Shown here: piece by piece, positions 1 through 12,774 of the stretch
Layout: each line of letters begins with the position of its first letter
Numbering within the stretch: the stretch's first letter is position 1
Assembly: GCA_951406725.2 (NCBI GenBank)
Contig: OX597825.1
Coordinates: 49,476,001 to 49,540,000 of the forward strand
Source of the DNA: Octopus vulgaris
Lineage: Eukaryota
Reading direction: 5' to 3'
DNA length: 64,000 nucleotides
Made by a program: the position numbers and the translations under genes
Notes under the pieces: generated by a model
What the model was told of the DNA's origin: nothing
The model's input: only the letters and a program-made list of their open reading frames with translations
The model's database searches: none

Positions 1-39
1 AGCTCTGTGTGTTTTGGATATGTACTGTTGTCTGTTGTG

Positions 40-2435
40 ATGTTTTTATTTCTACTGAATTGAAAGTGTTATAGGTAGGATGTGTGTGGTCCCTAATTGC
101 GATATCTTCTGTATGTTATATATACTTGTTAGTTCTGGTGTTTTGAAATGTGTTTTTCGAATATTCATTTTTTCATACTTTATGCACCTACTATGATAGG
201 AATTCTTTTGTTTTTAGATTCCACATTCGAGTTATCTCTATTTCCAGGTCGTTGTATTTTGAAAGTTTCTCCATTTCTTTTAGAGACACGTTGTCATCTG
301 TTGGTATTGATACATCGATTAGAAAGCATAATTTTCGTGATGACCTCTGACAACTTCATATCTGTGTATTGGCATACCCCATAATATGGTTGCTTTCTCA
401 TTTTCTGTGACATTTTCTGGTGTATGCCTATACCATTTTTTCTGTTGTTATTCCAAAGTGTTGGCATAGCTTCCAGTATATATAACTTCCAACTCTTTCA
501 TGTTTGTGACTATATACCTTCATAACCAGGACTGGGCAGTCAGAGACAATATGGTTTATTGGTTCTTGTCCACCTCCACATATTCTGCGGTTACCTTTGT
601 TTCTTTTCATTATATAGTTTTGGTCATTTTTGGTGAGGTGGCTTTGGCATTGTGCTGCAATAAAAATTCTTCAGTCTCTATCAAGAGTTCTGAGCCCCTT
701 AGCCATTGCTGGGATTTTGCTTTGCCTATTTGTTTTGCGTTTAGTTTAACCCAGTATTTGCCATGACGGGGCTTTTCTTGCCATCGTCTATCATGATCCG
801 TTGCTGTTCCGGTTTTAGTTTCGATTCCAGTTGTTTTACAGATTTTCTTTTCTTCATAGCTGTTTGGTACCATGACTTCCTTTTTGTATTTATCAGCTTC
901 CCTAATGACTGAAAACTGTTATCCTCTTACATCCTGTCATTCTTCTTGTTTTCCTATCTATTTTGATCAGTTTATTAATTTCCAGTTAAGGATATTGTAG
1001 CTGTAACTTATAAATGGGTCGGCTATTATCTTGTTTTTTGCATTTAACTCGGTTTTCATTATAATCTAACTCGCCTGTAGTATTATTTTTTAATTTTCTC
1101 TTTCATTTGTGTGTGTAGGATCGTATCTAGTTCATTGATGCCTAAGTATTTGTACGACTGGCCTAATGCTCTTATTTCGTTTGCTTTATCTAGTGTGAAT
1201 TTGCTACTCTTAAATAGTTTTCTCTTATCAAGGTTGCTTTGGCACATTTTTCTAAACCAAATTTCACGTCTATTTTTTTTGTAAATCCATGTACTGTCTG
1301 TAGCAATGTTTCCAGCTGTTTGTAGCGTACAAATTTAGATCATACATATATAAGATGTGCTTAATTGTTTTCTCGCAACAGTTATATCCACATCCAGTTC
1401 TATTTAGTATGTCAGATAACGGTGTCAGTACCAAACAGAAAATGAGTGTTGAGGGTGTGTCTCCCTAGAATATTCCTAATCTAATGGGGATGGCTTTGAT
1501 TTTTATGAGTCTCTCTTTTAACTGGAGCTGTAGCACTGTCTGCCGTTTATTCATGGAATGTTTTATGTATTTTATGATTATTGGTGTTACTTTCTTCATG
1601 GGTAGTGTTTCCAGGATCCATGTGCGGGAAACACTATCAAAAGCTTTTCGGTAAACGATGTAGGCCATACTTAGACGCTTCTTTCTGCGGCTGTCTTCAG
1701 TTATGGTTTTATTGCTCAATAGCTGATGTTTAAAGCCGTATGAGCTTTTGAAACATCCCTTCTGCTCTTCTGGAACCAGGTTGTTTTCTTCCAGATACTT
1801 TTTCTTTCTCTGCGACATAATAGCAGTACAAGTATTGTAAATTGTAGGGAGACAAGTTATCGGTCTGCAATTTTGTGGATTTGCTGTTTTAGTGGATTTG
1901 GGAATTAGGATAGTTTTCCTTTCTGTGAGTCATTCAGGCAGTCTCTGGATCAGATAGAGTTTCATGAAATTTCTCAGCCTGCTTTTTATGTGTTCCTGTA
2001 ATATATTTTAGCCAGCAGTTGGGGATCTTATCATGCCCGGGTTCCTTCCAGTTGCTTAGCTTTTGCTGTACCTGGGCGACCTCTTCTCAGTTGTTATAGC
2101 GGTCCAGATTTGTTCAGGTGCTGAGTTCTTTATTTTGATAAAGATTTTCTGAGGTTGTCCCTTCAACCACCATATTTCTTTCCAAACATCTTCCACTTCC
2201 TCTTGCTGTTGATGCTGCATTCATCTCTACCTTAGAGTTACTTATACCGGCGGATTCGTTGTGCTTTGGCGAGGATATCTTGCTTTAGCTGTTCTTTTAT
2301 CTCAGGTATTTCGTGTTCTGTAATTTTGTATTTACGTAATATTTTTCTTCTCTTCTTGTTGCTTTTTAGTGTTGATTGTCTTGTAGTTTCATTAAGGTTT
2401 GACAGATCTTTTTCTCTTTGGGTAATTTTGCATTT
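40..2435 (-). mobile_element. Degenerate non-LTR retrotransposon, RT + CCHC + RLE endonuclease (R4/Dong-like)
   Basis: Minus-strand fragments include the RT motifs EEQKG...YRKAFDSV (1465-1818), GIF*GDTPS and ILYMYDLNLYA. They also include the zinc knuckle RICGGGQEPINHIVSDCP (428-610) and an RLE region LIDVSIPTDDNVSLKEMEKLSKY...IPIIVGA. Many stops and frameshifts; boundaries approximate. Confidence 0.85.
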
Positions 2436-2642
2436 TTGACCTTTAGTACTTTAAATATAGTTGAAATGTTAAACAGAAGATGTTGTTTATGTTCTTGCAT
2501 TTAGCGCCCCCAATATGTCATAAAACCAACTTCTTCTATCCTTTAACATTTACTTGTTTCACTCACTGGACTGCGGCCATGAATATTTTAATGGAACAAA
2601 TCGAAATTTGTACATTTTTTAAAGCCTAATACTTATTCTATA

Positions 2643-4206
2643 CTAGCATTATGACCCGGCGTTGCCGGGTGATAGTGCCAGTGCATGTATATATGTGTAT
2701 ATATATGTGTACAATATTACATGTACATCTATATATATACATCTACACATGAAATACAAAATACAAAGTTATATCTTGATATCGCTAGTGATAGCAATAC
2801 TCAAAATATATAACAGACTGGAATTGTAGGCCCGTCTCTTGCAATTTCGATCAATTGTATCTTGTCCTCCCTCTTATATAGAAGTGTGACTACAATCCAG
2901 CTAATCTCTACGTCTGGGAGGACATTTTAAAATTTTATCCGGGACATCCTACGTTGCAGATATAAAGGTAAAAATAAAATATTTCCACTTTGCAAGGTTC
3001 GAGTCGAGTACTCCCTTGCACGCTCCGTTGACTCGAACCTTGCTTCTATTGTGGCGAATTTACCGCCTCTGGTTAGATACTTGATATCTTTCATAGTCGC
3101 ACCAAGACACTTTTCGATGGTGCTTTCCTCCAGGTGATCAAATCTTTTTTTTTCTACGTTGTATACTTTATAGACAATAGTCTTTTCTTTAATTTAATTT
3201 TTTATTTTGTTTGGTGGTGTTATCCTAGATTCACCGTCTTTGTCGGGGATCAATCCGAAATAGGTTTGTATTTCTTCCATTTTAATTTTAATGAGTTCGC
3301 GCCCGCTGACGGCTGCAGCGAAATTCATTTTTGGACTTTCTACTATCGAAGGCATTTTAACAAAAATGCTTCCGTATAAAAGTGAAAATATTGTCAATTT
3401 CCCCAAACAGGGACACAATTCAATTTTTAAATAATAACCAAATCTCCTTCTCCCAAAGGGGGAGGGTTACGGCTTACAATTATTTAACAAATGCAACACA
3501 ACAACGTTTCCCTTACGAGGAACCAACAAACGCGATAACGATAGTTAAATAGTAATAATAATAACAACAAACCTTACGGTGAATCAAAAAGCAGTACGCA
3601 GTTGAATCTATAGTCCTTTATATATAAGAAATAAACCAGCAGCAGTACTCAGTAGAAGCGGCTGTTCGAGAAAACATACATTACATACAGCCAAACTTCA
3701 TATAATAGCTAAATAGCTGTGCACAGCTCCATCTGGACTATTCCATTTCTGCACACTAATTTTATTTTTAATTTATTCCCATTCATGTGAAACCACTTAT
3801 TCAAGTTCAAGTCATTGATGCAAGTATACCAATTGCTATTTTTACTTTTAATTGTTATGTTACGATTTAATTATATTACACTTTAGTTTGATTTTAATTA
3901 TTACTTACTACATATAATTCAATTGTTATTATTATCTCTAATTTTTATTGTTAAAGTGAAAGTATCTGACATAAAATAAAGAAATGTTTTTGCTCCACTT
4001 TTAACACGTAATACTGAAATAGTGGAGAGATATGATATTGCTATGGGCTCACCCTAGGCAAGAAGTTGAACATTTTTTGCCCCTGAAACTACATGGACCC
4101 TAAGTAAGGCATGTGTAAAATTTGAATAAAATTGGTTGTGTAGTTCTCAAGTTTTAGGGAAACACAGACAGACAGACACACATTCTCAGTTTTATATATA
4201 GAGAGA
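2643..4206 (-). mobile_element. Non-autonomous Helitron
   Basis: On the minus strand it starts with TC (TCTCTCTATATATAAAACTGAGAATGTGTGTCTGTCTGTC) and ends with CTAG. A perfect GC hairpin ACCCGGC-gtt-GCCGGGT (2654-2670) lies 7 nt from the CTAG, and the element sits between A and T. Confidence 0.85.
2815..3670 (-). pseudogene. 5'UTR and ORF1 N-terminal fragment of a Tx1/L1-like LINE, inside the Helitron
   Basis: Minus-strand translation RFDHLEESTIEKCLGATMKDIKYLTRGGKFATIEARF...LPLYLQRRMSRIK aligns by eye to ORF1 at 33811 (RFKHFEKNTIEKCLSPIWKDIVYVARGRAYGTVEVRF...LPSYRGRRTSRVR). The 5' boundary is approximate. Confidence 0.8.
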
Positions 4207-7179
4207 TTATTCTATATATATATATTATTCGACGAAACACTAAGTTATAGAGACGTAAACACACCAACACTCGTTGTCAAGTGGTAGTATGGGACAAAGA
4301 TGCATACACATAGATATAGGTATATATTTACGATGGACATCTTTCAGTTTTCGTTTACTAAATCCACCCATAAGGATTTAATCAACCAGAGTTTATAAAA
4401 TAAGACGCTTGCTCAAGATGCCGCGGGGTGGGTTCACCAGAAATCAAATGTTTTGCAAACAAGACTATTAGATAAATCCGTATTTCTTATATCCCCCCCC
4501 CCCATTATAATAAAGATCGAAAATACATATCCACAGTCATACATGTTATATAATGACAATTTTGTACTTCACGGAATTTCACAGTATATTCAGTCGTAAT
4601 AAATATTTTATATTCTACTCTGTAATTAATAGTTGTCAAGGATTACAAGACAGCGATTTTTCCTATTTTTGTTATTATATACAAAATACTCTGACCAACA
4701 GGCGCAAGTTTCCCTTGCACCTGTTGCTTTTCATAAACATATTGTCCGAATTTGTAAAGGAAAATCTATTAAATTCTCTAATATTTAGAATCAATCTCTA
4801 CAAAAATGTAAGTAAAATAACAACGAGTTAAAAACAAAACAAAAAAACACACGAAAAGACAATGATCTATGGTATACTACTGTCCAGGTTTTATTTTTTT
4901 TAAAGCAAATGTGTAATTACTTTCGAAAGGTTTTATTGATCTCTGGTTTTATAGTCGTATCCGCAAGTAAATGAATGTCAAATATTCATTTATATTTACG
5001 CTTTTATAAATTCAAAATTGTTTTTATTTTTGACCTTTTAATGTCAATATTTGCTATCTTCAACCATTCTTATAACACACAATCGTTTCTAATAACAGCT
5101 AAATATGTTATAATAAACAAGTACAGCATAGTAGAAAGTGATAATTTTATCTGATTTATAATTCTTAGCTACAGAACTTTGTCTATGTATATTTAATATT
5201 CAAGTGGCACAGCTGTTCATTGTTGAAGACAAAATCACCATCCTCACAATTGTCTTTAGATTTTAAATAGTTCACTTACAATTATATTCGAGATAACTTT
5301 CTTGCTCCTTGTTGTTTGTGCTTAGGTATCTAAGTAGTGGTAGAGGCCCTCACCATCTAACCTTCATGAAAGCAAGAGGAAGTTTTTGTCTTCTGGCTGC
5401 TTCAAATGAAAGATTTTCTACTCGCTATATTATATATGAGAGAGCTAACCCTATACTTAATGTATTAGTAGAACAATACGTGCTGAGTGCATACATATGT
5501 GCATAAATGAATTGCAACTGGCCTGTAACCTTCAATCCCACTTAATGTATAGACTTAACTCCAGAACATCGGAGATGGATTTATGAACATTGTGACAAGA
5601 ATTCACATATCACCTGAAATATAACTTCACGAAGACTAATTTTGGAAGAAATTACTACACTAAAACATATTAAAGAAGATTCATTGAATGTGTAGGAAAC
5701 TGCGAGATATTTTCCATATTTTAATTTCAGTTCCTAAATTTTTCGATAAACTTTAACATCTGTTTCTTATAGGAAGTGAAACAATAAATTGATTTTTTTT
5801 CTAAATATTAGTTTTACTACAAGCTAGTTCATTTTATATATTATTGTAAACTATTTCTTTTTTATTGATTGTATGTGGTGATTAATGTCAGTAAAGGTAT
5901 TTTTTCCGTTTTTTCTTATTTTTCCGTAATTTCTTACTGAAGCATATGCTTGTTAGATATACCAACATCAAACAGACAGGGACTCTACATAGAAATTCAA
6001 AAGAATAGCAGAAAAGAATCTAAATCCTGACACTGTTTTTCATAATCCTGACTCGCATGTAAGTGTATTGTAGATATTCCACGTTTTGATATATTTATCA
6101 GAGAAAAATTTTCCCAGGCTACTGAGAATGGAATTTATGATTTATTTCTCTTTCTATACTTAAATGGGAGAAATAACGAAAACATTGCTAAAAGATTGGC
6201 TAACAGTATACACAAATAAGTTATTCAATTAGAAAATTGATTTAGATATTCTCAAATACATCGTTATAGCAATTCCAAAGAAAGCGTAACGGAGACAAAG
6301 GTAGCTGTATCAAGAATAATATATCTTCATGCTCATCCAACATCACTAGAATATGAATAGATCTATTAATTTCACCATACGCCTAACATTATTTTGTATT
6401 TAGATTGTTGTGAGACACCACTTTCTCTCCTACTTCTTTCACTTTTCCTAATGTCTATTGTGACAAAACAGTAGTTATACAAAACACAACGGTTGGTGAG
6501 TGGTCACAGATGAAACACACAAGTTCTAGGCAAAGCGCAACAAATCAAGAACTGAGATCGAACTATAAGCAGTTAGTGTCAGAACTTGTGTAAAGTTATG
6601 CAAATTTCCAGGTTTTATGAATTACATTATAAACATTATTATTATATATAGCAAACTTTAACTGAATCTCTGTTGCAAATTCAAATTGCTGATACGCATT
6701 TTGATATTACGATGAATTGATAGTGAGACTTTACTGAGATTATTTTCCTTTACCTATATTAAAATTGCCAAGTTCAAATAAATCCTATGCAATTTTGATT
6801 CTTTTGTGAGTGTATAAAACTTTCAGCCCTAATATTACACAATATTTTAAAAAATCAGATATTCTTACGGCTATGATTACAAATAGTTCTATGTAAATTA
6901 TTTCTGAGAACATTAACAATGTGACTAGTAACGCATTGAATCAAGTCAGAAAATTGACATATAAAGTTTACAGAATATGGTTTACATGTTTTAATACTTT
7001 GGACAGTTTTTTGTTCGTTTTATGCATAATATAAATTCCGATTGGGAAAGAGTAAAATTAGAATAGATTGTTTTACATCCAGACTGGTGTATATTATTAC
7101 TGGATGGGTGCCTTGTCTTTTCAAGAAACAAAAACACAAAAACTTGACCACGTCTGGATTTATAGCACATAGATTAGAA

Positions 7180-7510
7180 TATCAATACATCGTTAAGTTC
7201 GGTTTTCTAACGTTTTTAATAACCTCAACGACCTTATATTTATAAGAATGTGTTGGAGAAATATCTGTGCAACAAACGTCACAAAACCACTCATGAATTT
7301 TCTTATCAGCAAATAACACGTGGAGACCTTGAAAGAAAGCGAATGAATGCAGATTTATTTCGAGCAAAAATATTTGATATAGAAGTGTATGAAGATAGTT
7401 TTTGCTTTCATATTACATTCGAAGACAAGAAAAGAAATTATTTTTCATGCAATTCTGCCATAGAGAATTTGTTTCTCTTATATGGGATGATAGAAAAACT
7501 ACATCAGTGA
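7180..7510 (+). pseudogene. Possible degenerate PH-domain coding fragment
   Basis: Across frameshifts: IVKFGFL / WRNI / EFSY...ADLFRAKIFDIEVYEDSFCFHITFEDKKRNYFSCNSAIE...MIEKL. This resembles the PH-domain strand order and C-terminal helix; judged by eye only. Confidence 0.3.
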
Positions 7511-9379
7511 ACAATTTAGATGTAAATGTTCCTCACTTATCGTAAAGAACTAAATGCTGGCTTCAATAAATGTTTTCTACAGAACACAAAATGCCGAATA
7601 CGGATGGACTATAACAAAGAATTAAAGACTTTCCAAATAAATAATTCCATCGATTAATAGCATGAGAATTGCTGCAAATTCTTCTGATGTAACTAAATAA
7701 AATAGGACAGAAGTACACAAAAGAGGCTCTCATTAAGATAAATAACAGGCATAAAAATATTCACAACACATATACACATATACATTTACGTGGGAGGGTT
7801 TCCGACCTGGGACTTCTTGTTTTATTATTTCCTGTAACATATATAATTACATTCACACTCTGATCGAATGGATTGTGTTCTGTAGTTCAATTCCATATTA
7901 ATCATGTCTCTCAAAACATATTTATGTCTATGTCCCTTTTACACTGAACCTCATCTTCCCATACGTATTATTACGATATAAGCATATATGTGTATTTTTT
8001 GTATGATATCTGTATATACGAATGTATATATAAATGTGCTGATAAATGTGTGCACGCGAGTGTGTTTGTATGTGTGTGTTTATTAATGCATAAACTGATA
8101 AGGAATTTAAACAATAAAGAACAATGAGAAAAAATGAAAGGACTATGTGAACACAGAAACTATATGCTTTGGAATGGAAGCATTATAGATTACAACTCTA
8201 TGTAACATAATATGTTTGCTTCTGGCTATCGTAGAGTGATTTATATTCCAGTATGTACGGATATGTATATGGCAATGAGATATTTTCAAAGTATATTGAC
8301 ACAAAAGCACTATGACCTTTCAATATTAGCAACAAGTTAACCTGAAACTTTGTCCCATTCACACTCTGTTAATTTCTACAGGGAAGTAATATCTCAGAGA
8401 AATGTGATAAAAGTTACGTGTTTTTCTTACACTTTTGTGCAATTACAAAGTTAAAATTTTATTTTGAATGATATAATTTAATCTTGACCGAGAAAAATTT
8501 CCTAATCCTCTCTGCAACACACGATAAACAATCGGGTCGATGGTTACTTAAATTTTATATGGCGATAATTAAATAAATAACAAACCAGACATTCTGTTTA
8601 CAAAGTATATATGTCACACATAGCTTTCAATGCGAGAACCAATACGTAAAGAGTTCTACTTTCTTCTGCCGCATACTTTGTATTTTGGTCCAGGATACAA
8701 CGTATTGTTGCTGATACGACACGAAACGTGGAAACCTCATCCGAGTTCTTTCTATTATTTTTCTACTCACAACTAATTCTTTGTTGCACATGGAAAGGAT
8801 TCATTTATTTTATGAAGAAAAGAGCAGATAGTTAATTCGGAACTATCAAACCTGAAAAGAGATTTGCAATCGTGGCTCATTTCATTATATCTATACGATC
8901 AAATGTATGACACAGTGAATATGTCCTGTAAAATGCATAAAGTAAAATGTTTGTATTGTTGGGCTCTAAGACAAATACTAACTTCATTTTTGTGTGGAGC
9001 CGATGGCTTATTTGCTGTCAATCGATTCACGATCAGAATATGAAAAGTTCTAAATATAATGTAGCAATTTTTTATAATTACTATTTTATAATACACCACT
9101 CTGCTTCTAAAAGCGCGATACCATTATTCTATACGTTACTCAATAGATTTCACAAATCTACCACTATATTTTAAGTCAATCTACTGATATCATTAAGAAA
9201 CTATACCGTTGGATCCATCACCCTACCGATACTATGAATTCACCTCTAGTCTTTTCGATAGGTTACCAGTTCTTTTAATGAGAAGAAACCAAATGAGAAG
9301 AAGCCAAGCAAAATTAAAACAAGTGTATTCTCGCTAAATCATAATTTATTATCCTTACAAATATACATAATATTTTACA

Positions 9380-9415
<36 letters not shown>

Positions 9416-9590
9416 CACGCAGAGGTACGCATATATATTATATAGGTAGGGTAAACTCCTAGCTACGTTCTTTTGAAGTACATTTGCCTGTTCCAATATT
9501 ACAATTCAGTATGTAGATGCTGTCGTTGATGCATTGATTTAAGATAGATGTTAGGTTAGAAAATTTTCGGAATATTGCTTAAAGATTTAT

Positions 9591-9879
9591 TATACAACAA
9601 AACAGGAATTTGAAAATCTTTTGATATTATTTATTTACTGTAACACTAGTTTCATTTGCTAATAAAAAACTACAAAGTTTTATATGTTAGATAAGAATTT
9701 AAAAAATTTCCAACGTGACACAGAAACAAATATTAGATGTTTTTCTATCTAAAGAAATTGTAACAGGAAATTGCTGACATGTTTATCTAACATGTAAAAG
9801 TTTACAATTCCTGTTAGCAAATGAAACATGTATAATGGCGAATACCAAGCAATTTTCCAAATTCCTGTTTTGTTATATA
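9591..9879. repeat. MITE-like imperfect foldback
   Basis: Arms of about 125 bp: aacaaaacaggaatttg...gtttcatttgctaa...atgttagataa versus ttatctaacat...ttagcaaatgaaac...caaattcctgttttgtt, with TA-rich flanks. Confidence 0.7.
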
Positions 9880-11499
9880 ATTATATAATTTATACACAGG
9901 TGAAATAAATTGGACGAAGTGTCATCAGGATATATTTGGCTTCTTATCAATCAATATTCATTGTTATAAACATATATCAGTTATATATGTTTGGCATAGA
10001 TTCTTTTATGTCAAACGCAGACAGCCTCGTATTTTCTTCTTTCTTCTGATTTGCAGATAAATTGTTAGGAATTATATATATTTTCTCTCACGATATGAGC
10101 AACATTGATGCACATAAAAAAATGCTTGAGTTTGACAAAAGAACAATTGTTTATATGGACCGATACATTTGCATTCATCAGATTCATTTTATTATTGCTT
10201 GTTATTTTATCAATTTTGCTGTGAATGCTGAAAATGAGATCAGAAAGCCATTAACATGTTTAATCTTATCTCAAGAAAAAATTTGAAACAAATTATGATT
10301 AAAAGCTTTGAGAAAGTATTTCCGAATTAACATTAAATATTTCTGGATTGTTTTTCATGAAAATAACACGATGTAATACATACATAAAATCATACATGCA
10401 TTCAAATACACATACATATATACATACAGGCATACATATTTATGTATGCATGTATGAATACATATATATATATATATATTTATATATGATACATGCATAT
10501 ATATTGACATGCATATACATACACATATGGGTGGGTGGGGTGTAAGTGTGCGTGGTTTTGTGTGTGTGTGTGTGTGTATACTCATGCATATACTTCAAAT
10601 TGACACCAATGCAACGCACTTTGTTACCGACGTTAATATCAATAATTTGACAATGCACTTTTGTGCATAGACATTAGATTTGCATCGAACATCGGAGTAC
10701 AGGACACAATCGATGTAGAGAGGGACCATAAATATGTGGTCCCTCAGCTTTATGAGGTAAATAGTAAAATTTCAAATTCTATGACATATATACATATTCT
10801 ATTCGATGTTTTTTCCATACATTCAATACCATCTTGAATGAAAGAATTTGCTGGTTAAATTGTTTGAAACTAGAAGCAAAACAAATTTATGTTGAAAAAG
10901 ATTTCAGTATTATGCTATATTTAAAATATATACGATGTCGGTAATATGAAATGCTGACTTTTGTGACCGTATAAAATTGTCACTGATGCTCATTAATAAG
11001 TAGGTTAATGAATCGTGTTAATTAGTAGATTCACAAATGAGGTTATTCAAAATTCTAATTTTTTTTCAGGTTATTGTTTGCTTTCAAATTCAGTGAAGAT
11101 TCAAATTTTTATCTTCTGTGATTGTCATTCCACTTTCTGTGCTATATTGCTTTTTTGAGCATCATCATGTCGTTTATATATATGTGAAAAGCAATACAAA
11201 AGTTAATTGTGGGTCTGCTATGCTACGGAAATTACGGTCACCTAGTACAGCTTAATCACAATAGAATCCTATCACCTAATTCGCGCAGGTATAAAGACCG
11301 TTTATAAAATCAAACTCCATCAGAAGTCTTTGGAAATAGATTTATTCAATGAAATCACGAGACAGAAAGATTCAGGTCGAGGACGAGATATAATACCTTA
11401 ATTTCTTCCGTAAATACGAGTGTGAAAAAAAAGGAAAGAGTGTCAGTGTTAATTCTCTCAGTTACTTTAAGGACACTGTATAATTCTTGAATAGTAATC

Positions 11500-12430
11500 G
11501 TGGATGCTATCAGGTGGAGTTGAAAATTTTTTTCGTAATTGAAGTTTTAATTAATAGTTCAAATAAGTTACATACGTAAAACGTTTATTCCTCAAAGTAT
11601 ATTTGACCCTATTTTGTTCTCTGCTGCTGTCGTTTTGCCAGAAGCTCAATTCTATATAAATACCTTTAGATTGGTTTAGAGGGGAAACATTCTCTACACT
11701 CGCTTATAACATCATCCACATTGTTGAACCTTTTTCCTGTAGTCAAATCATTACATGTCTCATCTGCGGGTAGAAAATGAGCGATAGCAAAGAAAAGGTG
11801 GTATTCTGCTGGTGCAAGAATCTGGACTGGGGGCAGTGTGAGGGAATACTTCCAGCCCATCAAGTTGCTCGAGTTTGCGCTTGAATACAGTGGCAGTGTG
11901 TGTGTTCACGATACGATTGACCAATGCCAAGTAGTGAGCTTTCAAAGCAGCATATGCCTGCTTCAGTTGTTGAGCATTTAGGTTAGCTTTCATTGCGTGA
12001 CCTCTGGGATAAGATCAAAGTGCAACACCCACTCGAAATTATACCAAGCATACAGCATGGCCTCCAGTTCAGACCGTCTTTATTTGACACATGGTTCTGA
12101 ATTGTCGGAACTAATAACTTTTAAGACGATTTTCTTCCCCAGTTACAATTCGACGCAAAAAGGGTATCACAACAATTTGGCAGCAGTTGTTTGCAAATGT
12201 TCACATTACATTGAGTTGGTTCATGCGGAGCTTCTCTAAGTATCTCTTAAAAAGGCAGAGCTTATGGAGGTGTCGATTGATTGTAGTTTGTAAAGAACCA
12301 AGTTCTGCCGACAATATAAGTGTGTTTGCGCTTGGATGTTGCCTAACCATTTCAAGCAGGGTTTCAACATTCACAGCTGATTCTCAAAAATGGGGCCATC
12401 GACACCATCCTCCAAAACATACCCTTACTA
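11500..12430 (-). mobile_element. mariner transposase relic
   Basis: Fragments LEVFPHTAPSPD / LAPAEYHLF / GKRFNNVDDV match the mariner C-terminal YSPDLAPxDYHLF region. Boundaries approximate. Confidence 0.75.
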
Positions 12431-12446
12431 AAAAAGAATTCACAAG

Positions 12447-12650
12447 GACCTCGAACCCACAAGAGTAAGCAAGAGTGAGAGAGACAGATAGTAACAAGGA
12501 AAATGCCACTTGTATTTAAATACTATACAAATATTCTTTTAAAAAAACTTTTCTTTTAATTTTTCTTAATTTTTCTAAATATAATTATCTAATTGTTACA
12601 GTTGAAAAAGTCTCAATGACTGAAACCGTACTGAAATGTTTTTATAAAAT

Positions 12651-12658
<8 letters not shown>
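12447..12658 (+). repeat. Short interspersed repeat with a hammerhead-like motif (second copy at 45340-45545)
   Basis: Both copies run gacctcgaacccacaag...aacaaggaaaatgccactt...tatacaaatattctttt...cagttgaaaa...gaaacc(g)gtactgaaatgtt...ataaaattatttt and are followed by (TA)n. Confidence 0.85.
12599..12633 (+). ncRNA. Type I minimal hammerhead-like motif, U3-A8 core
   Basis: cag-TTGAAAA-agtc-tcaat-gact-GAAAC-c-GTA-ctg. Confidence 0.55.
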
Positions 12659-12696
<38 letters not shown>

Positions 12697-12774
12697 AATA
12701 ATAATAATATTAGGGAATAAATCCAAACTTACAGGGAAAAATTAGATTTAGGATTAAATCCAATTTTATAGTAT

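Larger units (their letters stand above)
2540..4435 (-). mobile_element. tRNA-derived SINE split into two halves (2540-2642 and 4207-4435) by a Helitron
   Basis: The left piece (tttacttgtttcactcactggactgcggccatg...cctaatacttattcta) and the right piece (ctaagttatagagacgtaaacacaccaacac...aaatccaccca...gacgcttgctcaagatgccgcg) are collinear with the intact copy at 30793-31204. Confidence 0.75.

Noticed and set aside
5957-6058. Exon-like segment (ttgttag...|gtaagt)
   Set aside because: Stops occur in all three frames, and there is no supporting neighbouring exon or recognisable product.
10056-10286. Strong splice acceptor followed by a ~75-codon open frame
   Set aside because: No recognisable domain and no linked upstream exon; cannot be supported without transcripts.
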